Assembly: GCA_903925725.1 (NCBI GenBank)
Contig: CAIYGK010000250.1
Coordinates: 1 to 40,708 of the forward strand
Length of the DNA: 40,708 nucleotides
DNA from: an uncultured beta proteobacterium
GTDB lineage: Bacteria > Pseudomonadota > Gammaproteobacteria > Burkholderiales > Burkholderiaceae_C
Direction of reading: 5' to 3'
Part shown: positions 1 to 9,988 of the stretch, piece by piece
Numbering within the stretch: the stretch's first letter is position 1
How the letters are laid out: every line of letters begins with the position of its first letter
Position numbers and translations under genes: made by a program
Notes under the pieces: model-generated
Database searches by the model: none
What the model saw: the letters and a program-made list of their open reading frames with translations, nothing else
Told to the model about the DNA's origin: nothing

Positions 1-1154
1 CCGTCCTGTAGTTTTGGCATACTCAGAAGCAGACCGAGCCGCGCCACTGGATTGGATTGATTGGCGGCGATCGTTGTCGGCTTTGCCAGATTGATTGTCT
101 CGTCACCCAGCGTGGCATGCAGCGTGCGCCGCGCTCCCTGGCGCCAGCTGTCAAGTTCAATCCGCTCGCCGGGTTGGGCCAGACTCACGTTGGCCGACAA
201 GTCGCCGGCCAGGTCGATCGGCTTGCCGTTGACAGCCAGAACAACATCGCCGCTTTCTACGCCGGCGTTCTCGGCGGCGCTGCCTTTCTGAACGTCGTCG
301 ACCAACGCACCAGCGGGCTTGTCGAGCTTGAACGCCTCGGCCAGCGTCTGATTCACATCCTGCACTGAAACTCCAAGTTTTGCATGGCGCACCTTGCCGG
401 TGCTCAGAATCTGCTGTTCTATGCCCTGCGCTACGCTGATTGGAATGGCAAACGACAGACCCTGATAGCCCCCGGAGCGCGAATAGATCTGCGAGTTGAT
501 ACCTACGACCTCGCCCCGCATATTGATCAGTGGGCCGCCCGAATTGCCAGGATTGATAGCTGCATCGGTCTGAATGAAGGGGACCGAACCGTCGCCTGGG
601 AGCGAGCGTCGGGTGGCGCTGATGACCCCAGCGGTTACCGTGCTCTCAAAACCGAAGGGTGAACCGATGGCAAGCACCCACTCACCCACTCGCAGCGGCG
701 CAGGTGGCGCGAGTAATGCGGCCTTCAGGTTGCTGGCATCAATCTTGAGCACGGCAATGTCGGTCAGTTTGACCACCACTTCCTCTGCATCGCTGACCAC
801 ATGGGCGTTGGTCAGGATCAGACCGTCAGCACTGACGATGAAGCCCGAGCCCTCGCCGCGTATTGGCATTTGAATTTGCGGCGGAAGTCCGCCAAACCGC
901 TGCTGGAAGCCACGCAGGAATTCGCTCATGGCATCTTCTTCTTGAGACTTCTGAGCATCGGTGCCGTTGTCAGAGGAAACGTCACCCGTTGTTGATACCT
1001 TTCTCGTCCCGCGAACACTGATATTCACCACTGTCGGGGCATATTGAGCTGCAATGCTGGTCATGTCGGGAAGTTCTGCGCGGGCCACGCCCGTGATCAG
1101 CAAAATAGCGGGAAGTACCAGGCGTGGCAGGTGTGGGTGGTTCTTGAAAATCAT
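1..1154 (-). CDS. DegP/HtrA-family periplasmic serine protease with PDZ domain (3' end runs off the window; internal in-frame deletion)
   Basis: Not in the ORF track; translated by hand. MIFKNHPHLPRLVLPAILLITGVARA (signal-like), then GEGSGFIV, TNAHVV, TDIAVLKI, IQTDAAINPGNSGGPL and a PDZ-like GALV...GDVVLAVNG segment. The frame is open to the window edge. Confidence 0.9.
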   Translation of the reverse strand, partial: MIFKNHPHLPRLVLPAILLITGVARAELPDMTSIAAQYAPTVVNISVRGTRKVSTTGDVSSDNGTDAQKSQEEDAMSEFLRGFQQRFGGLPPQIQMPIRGEGSGFIVSADGLILTNAHVVSDAEEVVVKLTDIAVLKIDASNLKAALLAPPAPLRVGEWVLAIGSPFGFESTVTAGVISATRRSLPGDGSVPFIQTDAAINPGNSGGPLINMRGEVVGINSQIYSRSGGYQGLSFAIPISVAQGIEQQILSTGKVRHAKLGVSVQDVNQTLAEAFKLDKPAGALVDDVQKGSAAENAGVESGDVVLAVNGKPIDLAGDLSANVSLAQPGERIELDSWRQGARRTLHATLGDETINLAKPTTIAANQSNPVARLGLLLSMPKLQD

Positions 1155-1436
1155 GATTTGGCAGGTACCGCTTACGGAACGCGCTCGCGCGGGATTGACG
1201 ATGACCGCAACAAGTTGCGCAGTCGCAGCCGAACTCGCCACCACCAACAACGCCGCGAGAATCCGATCTTGCGCTTCTGGTCGGGCGGTTTCAAAGGCCC
1301 GGCCTGTATCGACAGGACTCAGTGTGGTCAGATGAAGTTGCGGGCAGGTACCCGGTTTGTGAAGCAATGGCAAAGAATGAAACCGTCTCACTCGTCCATC
1401 CAGAAGTGAGTGCGAACAGGCACCCGGACTTGGCGG

Positions 1437-1835
1437 TCAATCCGGAATGACGGCTGTGACTTCGATCTCGACCTTGGCGTCGTCTTCAATCAGGTCAGCA
1501 ATCTGGACCGCGCTCATCGCCGGATAATTCCGACCCATGACCTCGCGATAAGCCGCGCCAATTTCCTTCAAGCGCTCGACATATTCCTTCTTGTCCTTGA
1601 GATACCAGGTCATGCGAACGACGTGTTCAGGAGCGCCACCGGCCGCACCCACAACCGCAACGCAGTTGATCAGGGCCTGCCTGATCTGCGCGACCAGATC
1701 GACCGAGTCGAATTTGCACTGCGCGTTCCAGCCGATTTGACCGCCAACAAAAACCTGGCGACCGCGTGCCTCGATGCCATTGGCGTAGCCCTTGGGCGCT
1801 AACCAGCCCTCGGGCTGAAGGGTCTTGTGTGTCAT
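1437..1835 (-). CDS. RidA/YjgF/UK114-family enamine/imine deaminase
   Basis: KGYANG, VFVGGQIGW, YPAMSAVQI and KVEIEVTA motifs; last gene of the abm-type cluster. Confidence 0.92.
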   Translation of the reverse strand: MTHKTLQPEGWLAPKGYANGIEARGRQVFVGGQIGWNAQCKFDSVDLVAQIRQALINCVAVVGAAGGAPEHVVRMTWYLKDKKEYVERLKEIGAAYREVMGRNYPAMSAVQIADLIEDDAKVEIEVTAVIPD

Positions 1836-2989
1836 CCCGGTTCCTTCAAAAGCTCACGACCTACGATCAACTTTTGCACTTCAGTCGCACCTTCGTAAAT
1901 GCGAAGTGCACGAATTTCCCGGTAGAGCGATTCCACCTTGACGCCGACGCGCACACCCTGCCCACCATGCATCTGCACAGCGGCGTCGATGACGCGCTGG
2001 GCATTCTCGGTAGCCGTCATTTTGGCCATCGCGGCCTCACGCGTGGTAGGGAGCTTTTGTACGTCTCGTCGCCAGGCGGCGCGGGCAACCAGCAGCGCAG
2101 CAGCGTCGATGTCTGTGGCCATCTCACCGAGTTTGGATTGCGTGATCTGAAAATCTGCCAGCGTTTGACCAAACATCGGGCGCTGGCGCACGTGCGAGGT
2201 CGCCTCGTCCATCGCACGGCGCGCAAAACCGAGTGCCGCCGCCGCCACGGACGAGCGAAAGATGTCGAGTGTGCGCATCGCCACCTTGAAACCTTCACCT
2301 GGTGCCCCCAGCCGGTTGGCGACTGGCACTTTCATGTTCGTGAATTTCAGTCGTGCCAGCGGATGCGGTGCAATCACTTCGAGCCGCTCCGCGACCTCGA
2401 AGCCCGGCATGTCGGGCGTAATGACAAAGGCGGAGATGCCGCGTGTGCCGGGCGCTTCGCCGGTACGCGCAAAGAGCGTGTAGACATCGGCAATACCGCC
2501 GTTGGAGATCCAGGTCTTCTCGCCATCGATGATGTATTGATCACCCTCCAGACGCGCACTGCATGTCATGGCGCCGACATCGGAGCCGGCCAGCGGCTCG
2601 GTCAGAGCGAAAGCGGCAAGCCACTGACCAGCTGCAACCTTGGGCAGGACGTGCTGGCGAATCTCGGTCGAGCCGGCCAGAGTGATTGCGCCGGTGCCTA
2701 GGCCCTGCATGGCGAAAGCAAAGTCAGCCAGACCATCGTGATAAGCCAGCAATTCACGGGTCAGGCACAGCGAACGCGAGTCGAGTTCAGGAAGGGCGCC
2801 ACCAAACTGAGCCGGAACACAATAGCGCAGGAAGCCGGCGGCGCCGAGCTCGCGCACGAGGCGGCGACAGGCGTTGTCGGTGTCGTAATGGTCGATCGGC
2901 GCACACTGCCCGGTCCAATCGAGCAGGGCGTCCGAAAGTTGACGATGCTGCGGAGCGTAGAAAGGCAGATCGAGAAAAGAGCGGTCCAT
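1832..2989 (-). CDS. Acyl-CoA dehydrogenase (abm cluster)
   Basis: [30 protein letters not shown]. Start moved to the ATG at 2989 (MDRSFL), which has GGAGG upstream. Confidence 0.93.
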   Translation of the reverse strand: MDRSFLDLPFYAPQHRQLSDALLDWTGQCAPIDHYDTDNACRRLVRELGAAGFLRYCVPAQFGGALPELDSRSLCLTRELLAYHDGLADFAFAMQGLGTGAITLAGSTEIRQHVLPKVAAGQWLAAFALTEPLAGSDVGAMTCSARLEGDQYIIDGEKTWISNGGIADVYTLFARTGEAPGTRGISAFVITPDMPGFEVAERLEVIAPHPLARLKFTNMKVPVANRLGAPGEGFKVAMRTLDIFRSSVAAAALGFARRAMDEATSHVRQRPMFGQTLADFQITQSKLGEMATDIDAAALLVARAAWRRDVQKLPTTREAAMAKMTATENAQRVIDAAVQMHGGQGVRVGVKVESLYREIRALRIYEGATEVQKLIVGRELLKEPG

Positions 2990-3000
2990 GATATGCCTCC

Positions 3001-3846
3001 TCAATCGCCCATGAAGGCCGGTTTCTTCTTGGCGGCGAAGGCTTCGAAAGCACGCCGGAAGTCGCCGGTCATCATGCAGATGGCCTGCGCCTGGGCTTCG
3101 GACTCGATCATCTCCTCGATACCCATCGCCCATTCCTGATTGATCATGGTCTTGGTGACGGTATGGGCAAACCAGGGACCATCGGCCAGGCCGCGCGCCA
3201 GCTCGTGCGCTTTCGTCAAGAGATCGTCAGAGCCGTGCAGGCTGTTGAAGAAGCCCCAGCTGGCACCTTCCTCGGCGCTCATGACTCGACCGGTCATCAG
3301 CAGTTCGTTCGCACGGCCCTGCCCGATCATGCGCGGCAGCAAGCCACAGGCGCCCATATCGGCACCTGCCAGGCCAACGCGTGTGAACAGAAAGGCGGTC
3401 TTGGCGCTGGGCGTGCCGAGGCGGAAGTCGGAGGCCAGCGCCACCATCGCGCCGGCACCGGCGCAGAAGCCGTCAATGGCGGCAATGACAGGCTGCGGTG
3501 CGCGGCGCATCGCCTTCACCAGGTCCCCGGTCATGCGTGTGAATTCCAGCAACTGCGGCATGCTCATGTGCGTCAGTGGTTCGATGATCTCGAACACATC
3601 ACCGCCCGAGCAGAAATTGCCACCTTCTCCACTGAACACCACCGCGCGCACGTCGCTGGCGTACTGCAGGTTACGGAACAGGTCGCGCAACTCCGCGTAG
3701 GACTCGAAGGTCAAAGGGTTCTTCTTGTCAGGTCGATTGAGGGTAATCGTGGCGACGCGGCCGTCGCCGTCACACGACCACTTGAAGTGGCGTGCCGCGT
3801 AGTCCCTGAAAGGCCGCTTGTTGTCTTGCATGGAAATTTCTGACAC
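3001..3846 (-). CDS. Enoyl-CoA hydratase/isomerase (crotonase family)
   Basis: [30 protein letters not shown]; GTG start with an AAGGAGA RBS. Confidence 0.93.
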   Translation of the reverse strand: MSEISMQDNKRPFRDYAARHFKWSCDGDGRVATITLNRPDKKNPLTFESYAELRDLFRNLQYASDVRAVVFSGEGGNFCSGGDVFEIIEPLTHMSMPQLLEFTRMTGDLVKAMRRAPQPVIAAIDGFCAGAGAMVALASDFRLGTPSAKTAFLFTRVGLAGADMGACGLLPRMIGQGRANELLMTGRVMSAEEGASWGFFNSLHGSDDLLTKAHELARGLADGPWFAHTVTKTMINQEWAMGIEEMIESEAQAQAICMMTGDFRRAFEAFAAKKKPAFMGD

Positions 3847-3869
3847 GGTGTCTCCTTCTGTGTTCTCGA

Positions 3870-4631
3870 CTACATCACCTCGCCACCGGCAACAGCAATG
3901 GCCTGGCCGGTGATGCTGCTAGTGCCCTCGCCGGCCAGCCAAAGCACAGCGTTGGCCACTTCTTCGGACTGCACCAGTCGTCCCTGGGGGTTGGACTTGG
4001 CGAGTTCGGCACGCGCCTGAGCTTCTGAGCGACCGGTCTTCGCCATGATATTGGCAAGGGCATCTTTCACAATGTCCGTCTCGGTGTAACCGGGGCAGAC
4101 GGCATTGACGGTGATGCCCTTGAGCGCCACTTCCAGGGCCAGCGAGCGCGTCAGTCCGATCACACCATGCTTGGCAGCACTGTAGGCGCTGACGTAAGCG
4201 TAGCCGCGCAGACCGGCCGTGGAAGCCACGTTGATAATGCGGCCCCAATTGGCTGCCAACATGTCGGGCAAGACTGCCTGCGTACAGTTGAAAACACCGC
4301 CGAGATTGACCGCCAGCATGTCCTGCAAGAGAGCGGCATCGGTCTTCAGGAACGGCGCACTGGCAGCCTGGCCGGCATTGTTGACGAGAATCTCAAAGGC
4401 ACCGAAACGCTGGCGTGCCAAAGCCAGTGCGGCGTCAACCGACGCGCGATCTGTGACGTCCATGCTGAGCGCATGACAGTTCTCTCCCAGTGCCGCGGCG
4501 AGGTCCGCCAGCCGAGCGGCATCGCGCCCCGTGATCGTCACATGGTGTCCGGCAGCGACAAGCGCCGAGGCGATGGCCGCACCGATGCCGCGACCGCCGC
4601 CGGTGACGAGGGCGTGGCGAGCGCTGCCCAT
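3870..4631 (-). CDS. SDR-family (3-hydroxyacyl-CoA) dehydrogenase
   Basis: [19 protein letters not shown]. Confidence 0.93.
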   Translation of the reverse strand: MGSARHALVTGGGRGIGAAIASALVAAGHHVTITGRDAARLADLAAALGENCHALSMDVTDRASVDAALALARQRFGAFEILVNNAGQAASAPFLKTDAALLQDMLAVNLGGVFNCTQAVLPDMLAANWGRIINVASTAGLRGYAYVSAYSAAKHGVIGLTRSLALEVALKGITVNAVCPGYTETDIVKDALANIMAKTGRSEAQARAELAKSNPQGRLVQSEEVANAVLWLAGEGTSSITGQAIAVAGGEVM

Positions 4632-6937
4632 CAGGCGTTCAACGCCAACTGAGCCGCCCTCTCCAGATTGCGCTCAAGCTGGACCTTGCCACCCATGTAC
4701 TGCTTTGGCCAGGCGACGCCGGCGTAACCCTGCTCGGCAGCCGCGTGCAAGGTCCAGGCCGGATCGGCCAGATGCGGACGCGCCAGCGCGCACAGGTCAG
4801 CGCGGCCAGCCGCAACAATGGTGTTGACGTGATCGGCCTCGAAGATGTTGCCCACGGTAATCGTTGGCACATGCAATTCGTTGCGGATGCGCTCCGAAAA
4901 CGGCACCTGGAACATCCGGCCATAGACCGGCTTTTCTTCCTTGACCACCTGGCCCGAGGAGACGTGAATGATGTCAGCGCCTGCGTTCTGGAACAGCTTG
5001 GCCACTTGCGTCGCATCAGCCGGCGTGATGCCGCCAGCGGCCCAGTCGTGCGCCGAGATGCGCACCGACATCGGCTTCTCGGTGGGCCAGACCGCGCGCA
5101 TGGCCTTGAACACTTCCAGCGGATAACGGCAGCGATTCTCCAGGCTGCCACCGTATTCGTCACCCCGCTGATTGGTCAGTGGTGAGATGAAGGAGGAGAT
5201 CAGGTAACCGTGCGCCGCATGGAATTCCACCAGATCAAAACCGGCGGCATCAGCGCGTCGCGTCGCAGCGACAAAGTCCGCTTTCACCCGGTCCATGTCG
5301 GCGCGGTTCATTTCGCGCGGTGTTTGCGATACACCTGTGATGTAGGGCAGGGGCGATGGGGCAATCAAGGACCAATTGCCACTATCGAGTGGCTGGTCGA
5401 TGCCGTCCCAGGCCAGCCTGGTTGAACCCTTGCGGCCGGCGTGCCCAATCTGCAGACCCATTTTGGCTTCGCAGTTGGCATGAACAAAGTCGACAATGCG
5501 CTTCCAGTCAGCCTGCTGGGCATCGTTCCAGATGCCGGTGCAGCCGGGGGTGATGCGTCCATCTTGCGAGACTACCGTCATCTCGGTCAGAACCAAGGCT
5601 GCACCACCCAGGGCGCGCGCCGTGTAGTGCTGGAAATGGAAGTCACCCGGAACACCGTCCGTGGCCGAGTAAGTACACATCGGTGAGACCACCACACGAT
5701 TGCTGAGCGTCATGTTGCGCAGTTTGAAGGGCGTGAACATGGGCGGCACCGGGGGCTTGGCCGGGTCAGACGGCAGGCCGGCCTGTTGCTGAAACCAGCG
5801 ATCGACGCTCTCGACGTAGCTGGCGTCACGCAGCTTCTGGTTGGCGTGACCGACGCGCTGACTACCGGTCAGCACGGCGAAGGCCAGTTGCTCTGGCTCC
5901 ATATAGACGTAGCGCTCGATGTCCTCAAACCAGCTCATGCGGTTGCGTGCGGCGCTTTGCAGCTTGAGCGCTTCAGTCTCGCGCTCAGCCTGGTAACGCG
6001 CCAGACGCTCGGGTACCGTGCCTTCGCTGCTGCTCAGCACCTTGGTGAGCGCGATGCCATCTTCCATCGCCAGCTTGGTGCCTGAGCCGATGGAGAAGTG
6101 GGCGGTATGGGCGGCGTCGCCAATGAGAACGATGTTGTCCTTGAACCAGCGCTCACAGAGCACGCGGTTGAATTTCATCCAGACAGCGGAACCGCGCAGG
6201 TGGCGGGCGTTGGAAATCAGGCTGTTGCCGTCCAGCAAATCGGCAAAGAGGTTTTCACAGAAGGCAATCGCTTCCGCCGGTTCTTTCTTGTCCAGGCCAG
6301 CCCGGTACCAGGTCGGCTCTGGCGTTTCGATGATGAAAGTCGACATTTCGTCGTTGAAGCGGTAGGCATGCAGGTTGAACCAGCCCCACTCTGTCTCCTT
6401 GAAGGCAAAGGTGAAGGCAGTTTCGAACTTCTTCTTCGTTCCCAGCCAGATAAAGCGATTCGTGCGCACGTCAATGCGCGGGTTGAAATGAGCCTCATGC
6501 TTGCTGCGCACGGTCGACGACACACCGTCCGCTGCAACCACCAGATCGTAGTTGCGGGCGTACTCGTCAGGGTCGGTGATTTCTGTCTCCCACACCATCT
6601 TTACACCCAGCTCGGCGCAGCGCTTCTGGAAGATTTCCTGGAGCTTGAGCCGCGCGATGCCGCAGAAGCCGTGGCCGCTGGAAGTGATCTTGCGGTCCTT
6701 GAAGAAGACGTCCACGTCGTCCCAATGGCGGAAATTGGCTTCGATTTCGTTGACCACCTTCTCGTCGGCCTCGCGGAAGCCATCCATGGTCTGGTCCGAG
6801 AAAACAATGCCCCAGCCAAAGGTGTTGTCGGCCGCATTTCGGTCGAAGGTGGTGATGTCACATGCCGGGTTGGCCTGTTTCATGAGTAGAGAGAAGTAAA
6901 GGCCTGCGGGGCCACCGCCAAGAACAGCAATTCGCAT
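4631..6937 (-). CDS. abmA: 2-aminobenzoyl-CoA monooxygenase/reductase (salicylyl-CoA 5-hydroxylase family): FAD monooxygenase fused to an OYE-type reductase
   Basis: 768 aa. N-terminal [27 protein letters not shown]; C-terminal [22 protein letters not shown]. Neighbours are SDR, ECH, ACAD, RidA and MarR. Confidence 0.88.
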   Translation of the reverse strand: MRIAVLGGGPAGLYFSLLMKQANPACDITTFDRNAADNTFGWGIVFSDQTMDGFREADEKVVNEIEANFRHWDDVDVFFKDRKITSSGHGFCGIARLKLQEIFQKRCAELGVKMVWETEITDPDEYARNYDLVVAADGVSSTVRSKHEAHFNPRIDVRTNRFIWLGTKKKFETAFTFAFKETEWGWFNLHAYRFNDEMSTFIIETPEPTWYRAGLDKKEPAEAIAFCENLFADLLDGNSLISNARHLRGSAVWMKFNRVLCERWFKDNIVLIGDAAHTAHFSIGSGTKLAMEDGIALTKVLSSSEGTVPERLARYQAERETEALKLQSAARNRMSWFEDIERYVYMEPEQLAFAVLTGSQRVGHANQKLRDASYVESVDRWFQQQAGLPSDPAKPPVPPMFTPFKLRNMTLSNRVVVSPMCTYSATDGVPGDFHFQHYTARALGGAALVLTEMTVVSQDGRITPGCTGIWNDAQQADWKRIVDFVHANCEAKMGLQIGHAGRKGSTRLAWDGIDQPLDSGNWSLIAPSPLPYITGVSQTPREMNRADMDRVKADFVAATRRADAAGFDLVEFHAAHGYLISSFISPLTNQRGDEYGGSLENRCRYPLEVFKAMRAVWPTEKPMSVRISAHDWAAGGITPADATQVAKLFQNAGADIIHVSSGQVVKEEKPVYGRMFQVPFSERIRNELHVPTITVGNIFEADHVNTIVAAGRADLCALARPHLADPAWTLHAAAEQGYAGVAWPKQYMGGKVQLERNLERAAQLALNA

Positions 6938-6953
6938 GGTTTTCCTTCAATAT

Positions 6954-7472
6954 TCAGCTTGTCTTTGACCGGCTGGTGATATCCCGCTTCAACTTGCCCA
7001 GCAGGTCGGTCAGTTGCTGGAGTTCAGAGGGATCAAAATCACCGAGCAGTGAACTAACCCAACGTTCGTGCTGCACGGCCATCTTCTGAAACAGTTTCTT
7101 TCCCTTGGGTGTCAAACTGATCGCGTAAGCGCGGCGATCGTTCGGGTCGTCACGCCGTCGAACCAGATCTTCCTCAATCAGGCGATCGGTCAGCGCAGTG
7201 ATGTTGCCGCAGGTCACCATCAAGAGTCTTGACAATTCCCTCATCTTCAGGCCATCCGGATAGCGGTAAAGCTGAGACATCAGGTCAAAGCGTGGCAATG
7301 TGGTGTCAAAGCCGTTACGCAATTCCGTGCGCAAACGGATTTCCATCAAGTGGTAACACGCCACCAGCCGCACCCACATCCGCAGGGGATCGTGGCCGTT
7401 GTCGCTGACCGCGTCGGCCGACGCTGCACCAGATGTCGGTTTCTTGCTAGCTACTCGAACAAGTTTTGTCAT
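6954..7472 (-). CDS. MarR-family transcriptional regulator
   Basis: TTLPRFDLMSQL...DGLKMRELSRLLMVTCGNIT...DRRAYAISLTPKG. Likely start is the ATG at 7472, 7 nt after the bamB-like stop. Confidence 0.92.
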   Translation of the reverse strand: MTKLVRVASKKPTSGAASADAVSDNGHDPLRMWVRLVACYHLMEIRLRTELRNGFDTTLPRFDLMSQLYRYPDGLKMRELSRLLMVTCGNITALTDRLIEEDLVRRRDDPNDRRAYAISLTPKGKKLFQKMAVQHERWVSSLLGDFDPSELQQLTDLLGKLKRDITSRSKTS

Positions 7473-7479
7473 GAGCCGT

Positions 7480-9390
7480 TTACGCTTTCGCAAGAATGCC
7501 GCGCTCAAGGAAGTCGTCCTTGACGAAGGAAAGTCCAAACTTGTCGAGCGTCTCGGCGGTGGGAATGCCGTCCTCGTTCCAGCCCTTGAACTCGTAGTAG
7601 GCGTCCAGCAACTGCTTCTCGGCCTGCGGGTCCCGGTGTTTCCATTGGTCGGCCGGCGGCGCCTCGTCCGCGCGCCGCAGACCGCGCCGGATATTGATGG
7701 CCCGAATCAGGTTGCGATTGCGGGCGGCAATCTTCCACAACTCGTCCGGGTCAAGTGCTTTGCCGGTAGCGAGCGCTATCAGTTGCGGCAGGTTGTGAAT
7801 GTGGTACGGTGGCCGACCGCCGAACTGGCCTCTGAATGACGAGAGGAATGCACACGTGCCGATAGCGTCGTCCACGTAATGCATGGTTTCATTCCAGTCG
7901 CAGATATGAACCGACGCTTCAATGCTGGGGTGCGTGCGCGGCTCCCATTCCATCAGCCACTTCTTGAATCGTTCCGGCGCTGCGACCCAGCCCTTGACGT
8001 AAGCTTCGCGCTCAGCCTTGTCGGCGATTGGCGTCTGCGGAAAGGACCCCTCGATCTGGTTGATGGCCATCTTCTCGCCGGTCGCGTACATCAGGAAGTA
8101 GGGGTAGTTGATCATCGAAAGCTTGATCGGAACCTGTTCAAACCTCTTCATGGTGTTGTGGTCAAAGGCCTCAGCCCCTTTGCCGATCTGGCGCGCGGCA
8201 AGATAGACGCCATTGGCGAGCAGGTCGCCTATCCCTTCGCGGCGAACAATCAATTCCAGAAGGTAGAAAAAGCGCTCCGCGCCGGTGGGCGGAAAATCCG
8301 GCAGTTCCTGACTGGTCAGAATGCCTGCTTCATAAAGCTCGATGGCAAAGGCCATCACTTGCGGCGTGGAGTAGGCATCCAGACCGTACTCCTGCGTGAG
8401 CCCGATGATGTCGTAGTCGAATTCCAGATCCTCCATCGCCGCCATGGCGTAGGTCAGTTTGCTGTAGCACTTCTGGAAATAGGGACGCCGACCGGGGTAG
8501 TTGATGGCCTGATGGCAGTCTTTGGGACAGTTGTAACAACCCGTCCAGCGCACCCGCAGTTTGTCTTCCAGTGCGAGCCAGGCTTCTTCGCGCTCCTTGC
8601 TCCAGAAATTCTTGCGCCGCCCGCGCGCATTGCCCCAGGCAAAATTGTTCACGTGAAATTCGTCACCATCGCCGTGCGCCATGGTGTCACCGGCATCCCG
8701 GTTGTCATGAATTTCGCGAACCATGCGGCTGCAGATCTCAAACAGCTCGGCCGGTTTGGCGACATACAGATCCTTGGTGCCACGCACCGCTATGGCCTTG
8801 AGCCGCTTGTCTCCCATGATCATGCCCACCCCGCGCGACGCGCTGGAATTGGCATGCTCGATGGAAGCCATGAAGACTCTGTTTTCACCCGCCAGGCCAA
8901 TGGCAGCCACCTGGATCCGCGCGTCCTTCAGCTCCGTCTGAATGATCTCCGCGGTTTCTGAGGCGCCCTTGCCCTGAAGGTGGGCGGCGTCGCGTATTTC
9001 GACTTTGTCGTTGTTGATGTACAGGTAGACCAGGCTCGACGCCTTACCCTGAAGGATGATCTTGTCGTAACCGGCCTGCTTGAGCTCGGGGCCGAAAAAG
9101 CCGCCAAAGATCGAATGGGAATAGCGGTCCGTCTGGGGTGAGATCGTGTTCACCATGGTGCGGTTGGCACCGATCACCGGCGTGCCGTCCAGCAGTCCGG
9201 TGCTGAAGATCAACAGGTTGGCTGGCGAGAAAGCGTCGACTTCGGGCGGTACCCGATCCCAGAGTATCCTGGCAGCTGTTCCCTGTCCGCCGAGATGGAG
9301 CTCAGTCAACGTTTCGTCAGTGGCTTTGCGCTCGATGCTCCCTGTGCCCAAGTCGATCTCGAGGTTGAATCCGGTTTCTGCGTACTTCAT
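7480..9390 (-). CDS. bamB: AOR-family bis-pterin (W/Mo) enzyme, BamB-like (class II benzoyl-CoA reductase catalytic subunit homologue)
   Basis: MKYAETG N-terminus, LWDRVPPEV, CYNCPKDC 4Fe-4S motif, QKCYSKLTY, WGNARGRRKNFW, YATGEK..QIEG, PPYHIHN. These are colinear with Geobacter BamB as remembered. Confidence 0.85.
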   Translation of the reverse strand: MKYAETGFNLEIDLGTGSIERKATDETLTELHLGGQGTAARILWDRVPPEVDAFSPANLLIFSTGLLDGTPVIGANRTMVNTISPQTDRYSHSIFGGFFGPELKQAGYDKIILQGKASSLVYLYINNDKVEIRDAAHLQGKGASETAEIIQTELKDARIQVAAIGLAGENRVFMASIEHANSSASRGVGMIMGDKRLKAIAVRGTKDLYVAKPAELFEICSRMVREIHDNRDAGDTMAHGDGDEFHVNNFAWGNARGRRKNFWSKEREEAWLALEDKLRVRWTGCYNCPKDCHQAINYPGRRPYFQKCYSKLTYAMAAMEDLEFDYDIIGLTQEYGLDAYSTPQVMAFAIELYEAGILTSQELPDFPPTGAERFFYLLELIVRREGIGDLLANGVYLAARQIGKGAEAFDHNTMKRFEQVPIKLSMINYPYFLMYATGEKMAINQIEGSFPQTPIADKAEREAYVKGWVAAPERFKKWLMEWEPRTHPSIEASVHICDWNETMHYVDDAIGTCAFLSSFRGQFGGRPPYHIHNLPQLIALATGKALDPDELWKIAARNRNLIRAINIRRGLRRADEAPPADQWKHRDPQAEKQLLDAYYEFKGWNEDGIPTAETLDKFGLSFVKDDFLERGILAKA

Positions 9391-9440
9391 TGGTATTCTT
9401 GACCCTACTTTGTTACCGGTTCGACCACCTTCATCCAGCC

Positions 9441-9980
9441 CTAGCGTCTGCCGAGCTTGGCGACTGTTTCCAGAACCTTCTGCAGCCCGTGTTTGGCAAT
9501 CATCGATTCAACGCCGATCTCGACCTCGCCCAACTGCGGCTGTTGCTCCCGGACTTCCTCCTCGATCTCTTCATAGATCAGCGCTCCGTTGGGACACCAC
9601 TCGACGCATTTCGGCACCTTCAGCGGTGGCGTGTCTTCGCACATATCGCACTTCAGCGCGAGACCAGAGTCGGGTTCCTTGAACAGGTCGCGTGACGGAC
9701 AGGATGCACGGCAAAAGTCGCAATTGCTGTATTCCTTACCGTCCAGGATGTACTTGTTCCTGCTAGTACATTCAGCGGCCGTGTATTCGCCCGCATAGAC
9801 CGGCAGGTAGATATCCTTCAGCGGGTCCTTGATGATTTGAATGCGCGAACGTGTCGGGTTGATGCTGCTGTAGCGTGGCTTGGCGTGGAAGGCCGCACAA
9901 GCGAGCTCGCAGGCCCTGCAGCCAATGCATTTATTGGCATGGATGGTGATGCTTTTCCTGATTTTCTTGGCTTTGGCCAT
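9441..9980 (-). CDS. bamC: BamC-like multi-[4Fe-4S] electron-transfer subunit
   Basis: CIGCRACELAC.AFHA.P.YSS.NP, DGKEY..CDFCRASCPSRDLFKEPDSGL.LKCDMC, EIGVES. These match the BamC pattern as remembered; adjacent to bamB-like. Confidence 0.85.
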   Translation of the reverse strand: MAKAKKIRKSITIHANKCIGCRACELACAAFHAKPRYSSINPTRSRIQIIKDPLKDIYLPVYAGEYTAAECTSRNKYILDGKEYSNCDFCRASCPSRDLFKEPDSGLALKCDMCEDTPPLKVPKCVEWCPNGALIYEEIEEEVREQQPQLGEVEIGVESMIAKHGLQKVLETVAKLGRR

Positions 9981-9988
9981 GGCAGCGC

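Noticed and set aside
57-1409. Plus-strand ORFs listed in the track at the left edge
   Set aside because: They lie opposite the degP frame, which the track missed because it has no stop inside the window.
7879-8961. 360-aa plus-strand ORF, and similar long ORFs at 1766-2701, 18755-20047, 23735-25012, 37977-38870 and 39238-40404
   Set aside because: Antisense shadows of well-supported genes in high-GC DNA; no recognisable motifs.
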